From contig CAYOOG010000001.1 of NCBI GenBank assembly GCA_964405515.1, positions 1,003 to 65,002 on the forward strand: a stretch of DNA of 64,000 bases, read 5' to 3'. Positions 60,100 to 64,000 of the stretch are shown piece by piece. Within the stretch, counting starts at the first letter, position 1, and each line of letters begins with the position of its first letter. The notes under the pieces are model-generated. The model was not told where the DNA came from, did not search any database, and saw only the letters and a program-made list of their open reading frames with translations. Source of the DNA: an uncultured Alphaproteobacteria bacterium (GTDB taxonomy: Bacteria > Pseudomonadota > Alphaproteobacteria > JAPYRI01). The position numbers and the translations under genes are program-made.

Positions 60100-60897
60100 T
60101 CAAGCGGCGTGGCGGGAAAGGTCGTGGATCGTGGCCTCGGGACTGCAAAGGGCGCATTTTGGATCGGGCGGCACCTTCACGGTACGAAAGCTGGCGGCCA
60201 GGGCGTCATAGATCAACAGCCGTCCGGCCATGTCGTCGCCCACGCCCAAAATGGTTTTGAGAACCTCCGTCGCCTGCAATGACCCCATAACTCCGGCCAG
60301 GGCGCCCAGGATGCCGCCCTCGGCGCAACTGGTGACGGTCTCCGGGTCCGGGGCCTCGGGGAACAGGCAGCGATAGCAGGGCTTCGCCTCCTTGGCCTCA
60401 AAGGCCCGGAAGGTGGCCAATTGGCCCTCGAACTGGCCGAGCGCCGCCGAGACCAAGGGGCGGTGCGCCAGGAAGCAGGCATCGTTTACAAGGTAGCGGG
60501 TCTCGAAATTATCGCAGCCGTCGGCCACCACGTCGTACTGGGAGATAAGCGCGAGCGCATTGTCGACCGCCAGTCGTTCGTCGTGACGGATCACCGTCAC
60601 ATCGGGATTGAGCCGGGCCACGGCCTCGGCGGCGCTTGCCGTCTTGGCCGTTTCCAGATCGTCTGTGCCGTGGGCGATCTGGCGTTGCAGGTTGGACAGC
60701 GTCACCCGGTCGTCGTCGACAATGCCGAGAGTGCCGACGCCCGCCGCCGCCAGATACATCAAAAGCGGCGAGCCAAGCCCGCCGGCGCCGACAACCAGTA
60801 CCTTGGCGTCCAGTAGCCGCGCTTGCCCGGCTCCACCAACCTCGCGCAGGATGATGTGGCGGGCGTAACGCTCCAGTTGCTCGTCGCTCAGGGGCAT
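60100..60897 (-). CDS. moeB: Molybdopterin-synthase adenylyltransferase MoeB (ThiF/HesA family E1-like)
   Basis: LSDEQLERYARHIILREVGGAGQARLLDAKVLVVGAGGLGSPLLMYLAAAGVGTLGIVDDDRVTLSNLQRQ. Two CxxC pairs are present (CYRC...CALC). Confidence 0.85.
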   Translation of the reverse strand: MPLSDEQLERYARHIILREVGGAGQARLLDAKVLVVGAGGLGSPLLMYLAAAGVGTLGIVDDDRVTLSNLQRQIAHGTDDLETAKTASAAEAVARLNPDVTVIRHDERLAVDNALALISQYDVVADGCDNFETRYLVNDACFLAHRPLVSAALGQFEGQLATFRAFEAKEAKPCYRCLFPEAPDPETVTSCAEGGILGALAGVMGSLQATEVLKTILGVGDDMAGRLLIYDALAASFRTVKVPPDPKCALCSPEATIHDLSRHAA

Positions 60898-60922
60898 GGG
60901 CCGACCGGCGTTCCTGCCTGCC

Positions 60923-61888
60923 TCAAATGCCGTCGAACAGGGCTGTGGTCAAATAGCGCTCGGCGAATGAGGGCAACACGACGACGATGAGTTTGCCCGC
61001 CATGTCGTCCCGCTGGCCGACTTCAATGGCCGCGGCGACCGCGCCGCCCGATGATATGCCGCCGGGGATTCCCTCGACCCGGGCCAATTGCCGTGCTGTC
61101 TCGAAGGCGGTCTCGTTGCTTACCGTAACCGTCTCGTCGATCATATCGCTGTTTAGAATTTCCGGCACAAAACCGGCGCCGATGCCTTGAATCTTGTGGG
61201 GCCCGGGTTGCCCGCCCGAAAGCACCGGGCTGTCTTCGGGCTCGACGGCAATCATTTTCAGCTCCGGCCGCCGTGGCTTGATGACCTCGCCAACGCCGGT
61301 CAGGGTGCCGCCGGTGCCGACGCCGGAGACCACCACATCTACCTTGCCGTCGGTATCGCGCCAAATTTCCTCTGCCGTGGTTGCGCGGTGCACCGCCGGA
61401 TTGGCCGGGTTCTGAAACTGTTGCGGCATAATGGCATTATCATCTTCCGCCACCAGTTCTTCGGCTCGGGCGATGGCGCCCTTCATGCCTTTCTCCGCCG
61501 CCGTCAATTCAAGCTCCGCGCCCAGGAGCGACAACATCTTGCGCCGTTCGATCGACATGCTCTCTGGCATCACCAGAACCAGACGGATGCCCCGCGCCGC
61601 GCAAACAAAAGCAAGCGCAATTCCCGTATTGCCAGAGGTTGGCTCCACCAGAACCGTGTCCGGCCCCAACTTGCCCTCGGCGGCCAAGGCTTCGATCATG
61701 GAAACGCCGATCCGGTCCTTGACCGAGGCCAACGGATTGAAGAACTCCAACTTGACGACGATATCGGCCTTGACCCCGGCTTCCTGGGGCAAGCGGTTGA
61801 GGCGGACCAGTGGCGTGTTGCCAATCGTTCGCGTGATGTCGTCGTAAATCAGGCCGCGGCCTACGTCGGTGGGAATAAAATCAGTCAT
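60923..61888 (-). CDS. cysK: Cysteine synthase A (O-acetylserine sulfhydrylase)
   Basis: From the internal Met [33 protein letters not shown]...[11 protein letters not shown]...[12 protein letters not shown] is the PLP-lysine motif region. Confidence 0.9.
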   Translation of the reverse strand: MTDFIPTDVGRGLIYDDITRTIGNTPLVRLNRLPQEAGVKADIVVKLEFFNPLASVKDRIGVSMIEALAAEGKLGPDTVLVEPTSGNTGIALAFVCAARGIRLVLVMPESMSIERRKMLSLLGAELELTAAEKGMKGAIARAEELVAEDDNAIMPQQFQNPANPAVHRATTAEEIWRDTDGKVDVVVSGVGTGGTLTGVGEVIKPRRPELKMIAVEPEDSPVLSGGQPGPHKIQGIGAGFVPEILNSDMIDETVTVSNETAFETARQLARVEGIPGGISSGGAVAAAIEVGQRDDMAGKLIVVVLPSFAERYLTTALFDGI

Positions 61889-61988
61889 GTCGGGGGATGC
61901 TCCTTGGCGGATTGTTTGGTGGGCGGGGAAGTTCTCATTCCCCACGCCACCATTTCAAGCAGTAATTCTTCATGGGTCAAGTAAGGGC

Positions 61989-62456
61989 TCAAATCGTGAA
62001 ATCCAGATGTTCGGTCGTGGCCTCGGCGCCCGGCCGGTTGGCGACACCTTCCACCGTGGCGCGCCGGCACAGGTCCTCAATCGTAATGTCTTCAAGGCGC
62101 GCCATGACCATTGTTTCGATGTCCTGGGAAAGTGGCGTCACAACCTTGCCCGCCAGATCCGAATTGCCGTCGCACTGCGGCCCGCCGGTACTCTCCATGG
62201 CCTTGACCACGCGAACGACCTCGGCTGCGGTAATGCGGCGGCGCTCGCGGGCGAGAAAGTAGCCGCCCTTGGGGCCGCGCACGCCCTTCAGGATCCCGGC
62301 GCGGACCAGTTCCTGCATGACCTGCTCCAGATAGCGCTGGGGGATGCCCTGGCGGCGCGTGATCTCCCGCGCCTGCACGGGCTCGGGCCGGGCGTTGTAG
62401 GCGATGTCGACCACGGCTTCCAGGGCGAACAGGGTCTTTTTGGACAGGCCGGTCAT
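61989..62456 (-). CDS. Rrf2-family transcriptional regulator (non-Fe-S, CymR-like), upstream of cysK
   Basis: [70 protein letters not shown] is an Rrf2 wHTH domain. It lacks the three-Cys Fe-S ligand cluster of IscR. Confidence 0.8.
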   Translation of the reverse strand: MTGLSKKTLFALEAVVDIAYNARPEPVQAREITRRQGIPQRYLEQVMQELVRAGILKGVRGPKGGYFLARERRRITAAEVVRVVKAMESTGGPQCDGNSDLAGKVVTPLSQDIETMVMARLEDITIEDLCRRATVEGVANRPGAEATTEHLDFTI

Positions 62457-62959
62457 GATCTGCTCCCCGCGCCCCCGATGGACTTGACGGCCTTGGGGTC
62501 GGTGCCGGTGGAACCGAAGCCGCCGTCGCCGCGCGCGGTCTCGTCCAAGGCCGCCACCGGGCGCCAGGCGACCCGGGCGACCGGGGCCACCACCAATTGG
62601 GCAATGCGCATGCCGCGGTTGACGGTAAAATCCTCGGTACCCTGGTTAATCAGGATGACGCCGATCTCGCCCCGATAATCGGCGTCGATAGTGCCGGGGC
62701 TGTTCAGAATGCCAAGGCCACTCTTCAGGGCAAGGCCCGAGCGCGGCCGTACCTGGGCCTCAAAGCCCGGGGGCAGAGCCACTGCGAACCCCGTGGGCAC
62801 CAAGGCGCGATCGCCGGGCCCGAGCGTCAAGGCCCGGTCTTGCGGCAGCGCCGCCATAAGATCAAGCCCGGCGGCGTGGGCGCTGCCATAGGCCGGCGGG
62901 TCCAGCCCCTCGCCATGGGCCAGCGTCTGAATTTCAATGTCGAGGGTATTGTCCGTCAA
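62453..62959 (-). CDS. dut: dUTP diphosphatase
   Basis: [77 protein letters not shown] carries the dUTPase motifs. Confidence 0.85.
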   Translation of the reverse strand: MTDNTLDIEIQTLAHGEGLDPPAYGSAHAAGLDLMAALPQDRALTLGPGDRALVPTGFAVALPPGFEAQVRPRSGLALKSGLGILNSPGTIDADYRGEIGVILINQGTEDFTVNRGMRIAQLVVAPVARVAWRPVAALDETARGDGGFGSTGTDPKAVKSIGGAGSRS

Positions 62960-64000
62960 CGGGGATCATTCCGGCGGGAGAAATGGTCGGCGATACGGCT
63001 GGCCAGTCCCTCGGCCACGGCCTGCTTGCTGAGCGTCGGCCAGGATTCATCACCGTCGGCTGTCAACAGGTGCACGGTATTGTGCTCGCCGCCCATGACG
63101 CCGCCGGCTTCGGAGACGTCGTTGGCGACGATCCAGTCACAGCCCTTGGAGGCCAGCTTGGCGCGGGCATTGGCCAGCACATTCTGGGTTTCCGCCGCGA
63201 AACCGACCACCAGGGCCGGGCGGCCTTCGGGCCGCGTGGCAAGGCTCGCCAGCACGTCCGGGTTTTCCACCAGATTCAGGGCCGGGTCGCCATTCTTCCC
63301 GGACTTGTCCTTCTTGATTTTCTCAAGAGCCGCGGACTTTGCCCGCCAATCGGAAACCGCGGCAGCGCAGACCGCCACATCCGCCGGCAGGGCCGAGGTA
63401 CAGGCGTCGAGCATTTCGCGCGCCGTTTGGACATGCACGGCATGAACGCCCTGGGGATCGGCTTCGGCGCTGGGGCCGGTGACCAGGGTGGTCTCGGCGC
63501 CGAGGCTCGCCAGCGCCCGGGCCACCGCATGGCCCTGCTTGCCGGACGAGCGGTTGGCGAGGTAACGCACCGGGTCGATGGGCTCATGGGTCGGGCCCGA
63601 TGTGACCAGAGCCCGGCGCCCGCTCATGGGCCCCTTGGCGGCCAGAAAGAAAGCCTCGACGGCGGCGATAATGTCGGCCACCTCGGTCATGCGACCGGGG
63701 CCGACCTCGCCACAGGCCTGCAGCCCGCCTTCCGGGCCGACCTGCAGAACGCCATCGCGGGCCAGGGTTTGGACGTTGCGCTGGGTCGAGGGCTTGGTCC
63801 ACATTTCCACGTTCATGGCCGGGGCCAGCATCACCGGCTTGTCGGTGGCCAGCAGCGCCGTGCTCGCCAGATCATCGGCCAGGCCGCCCGCCATCTTGGC
63901 CATGAGGTTGGCGGTCGCCGGCGCCACAATCACAAGGTCTGCCTCGCGGGACAGCCGGATGTGGCCCATTTCGGCCTCGTCGGTGAGCGAGAACAGATCG
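62956..64000 (-). CDS. coaBC: Bifunctional phosphopantothenoylcysteine decarboxylase / phosphopantothenate--cysteine ligase CoaBC (Dfp); N-terminus lies beyond the window edge
   Basis: The reading frame is open to 64000. ...[46 protein letters not shown] is the flavoprotein domain, and [30 protein letters not shown] is the CoaB domain. It forms a dut-coaBC pair. Confidence 0.85.
   Translation of the reverse strand, partial: DLFSLTDEAEMGHIRLSREADLVIVAPATANLMAKMAGGLADDLASTALLATDKPVMLAPAMNVEMWTKPSTQRNVQTLARDGVLQVGPEGGLQACGEVGPGRMTEVADIIAAVEAFFLAAKGPMSGRRALVTSGPTHEPIDPVRYLANRSSGKQGHAVARALASLGAETTLVTGPSAEADPQGVHAVHVQTAREMLDACTSALPADVAVCAAAVSDWRAKSAALEKIKKDKSGKNGDPALNLVENPDVLASLATRPEGRPALVVGFAAETQNVLANARAKLASKGCDWIVANDVSEAGGVMGGEHNTVHLLTADGDESWPTLSKQAVAEGLASRIADHFSRRNDPR

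Noticed and set aside
60100-61888. cysK plus moeB as a CysO-thiocarboxylate (sulfur-carrier) cysteine biosynthesis system.
   Set aside because: No ThiS/MoaD/CysO-like small ORF and no JAMM protease gene lie nearby. MoeB has the ordinary length without a rhodanese domain.
1-64000. Search for tRNA, rRNA, CRISPR arrays, IS elements and integrases.
   Set aside because: No tRNA-like T-arm (GGTTCGAATCC-type) or acceptor features were found in intergenic regions. There are no direct-repeat/spacer arrays. No ORF has transposase or integrase signatures. The only GGTTCGA-like strings lie inside coding sequence (rimI, the BON protein).

Overview
This is a high-GC (about 65-70%) chromosomal segment whose gene order matches alphaproteobacteria, probably a Rhodospirillales-type genome. 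It is densely packed with housekeeping genes. No rRNA, tRNA, CRISPR array, transposase or integrase was found. Conserved blocks read off the ORF translations are listed below.

- hrcA-grpE.
- rph-rdgB-hemW.
- An E. coli yra-like cluster: divergent lpoA-like and rsmI-yraN-BON (yraP-like).
- gshB and comM.
- nadA-nadC.
- ampG, a PiT phosphate transporter, and maeB.
- mutS-glnD-(CDF transporter)-murJ-trpS.
- A universal stress protein, an Nfu scaffold, a Bax-like glucosaminidase and a polysaccharide deacetylase.
- tsaB-rimI-fur-miaB-phoH-ybeY-corC-lnt-XRE regulator-metK-trmB.
- The full rimP-nusA-ylxR/L7Ae-infB-rbfA-truB-rpsO-pnp operon.
- An NMO-family flavoprotein.
- An Irr-like Fur-family regulator followed by a rubrerythrin / CCG-domain Fe-S protein / DUF3501 cassette.
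- An SH3b protein and ghrA.
- Rrf2 regulator-cysK-moeB.
- dut-coaBC.

Five things stand out.

1. A single-gene low-GC islet (about 50% GC, 10726-11973) encodes an orphan secreted protein with a glycine zipper, a Gly/Ser linker and a very acidic, Cys-rich C-terminus. It sits convergent to comM and just downstream of an SYLF/Ysc84-family gene whose product ends in a poly-lysine tail encoded by an (AAR)n tract.
2. A near-consensus Irr box (TTTAGAAttaCTCTAAA) overlaps a TTGACA -35 element between the irr-like gene and the rubrerythrin / Fe-S / DUF3501 operon. This defines a compact, probably iron-controlled and functionally uncharacterised redox module.
3. An imperfect palindromic REP-like element of about 75 bp occurs twice (4182-4252 and 26158-26233). 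Each copy lies between convergent stop codons.
4. A C5G9 homopolymer sits exactly in the Shine-Dalgarno spacer of the conserved XRE regulator gene upstream of metK.
5. The roughly 200-nt metK leader is a riboswitch candidate.

Coordinates come from the supplied ORF track. Internal start codons were inferred from homology and may be off by a few codons.
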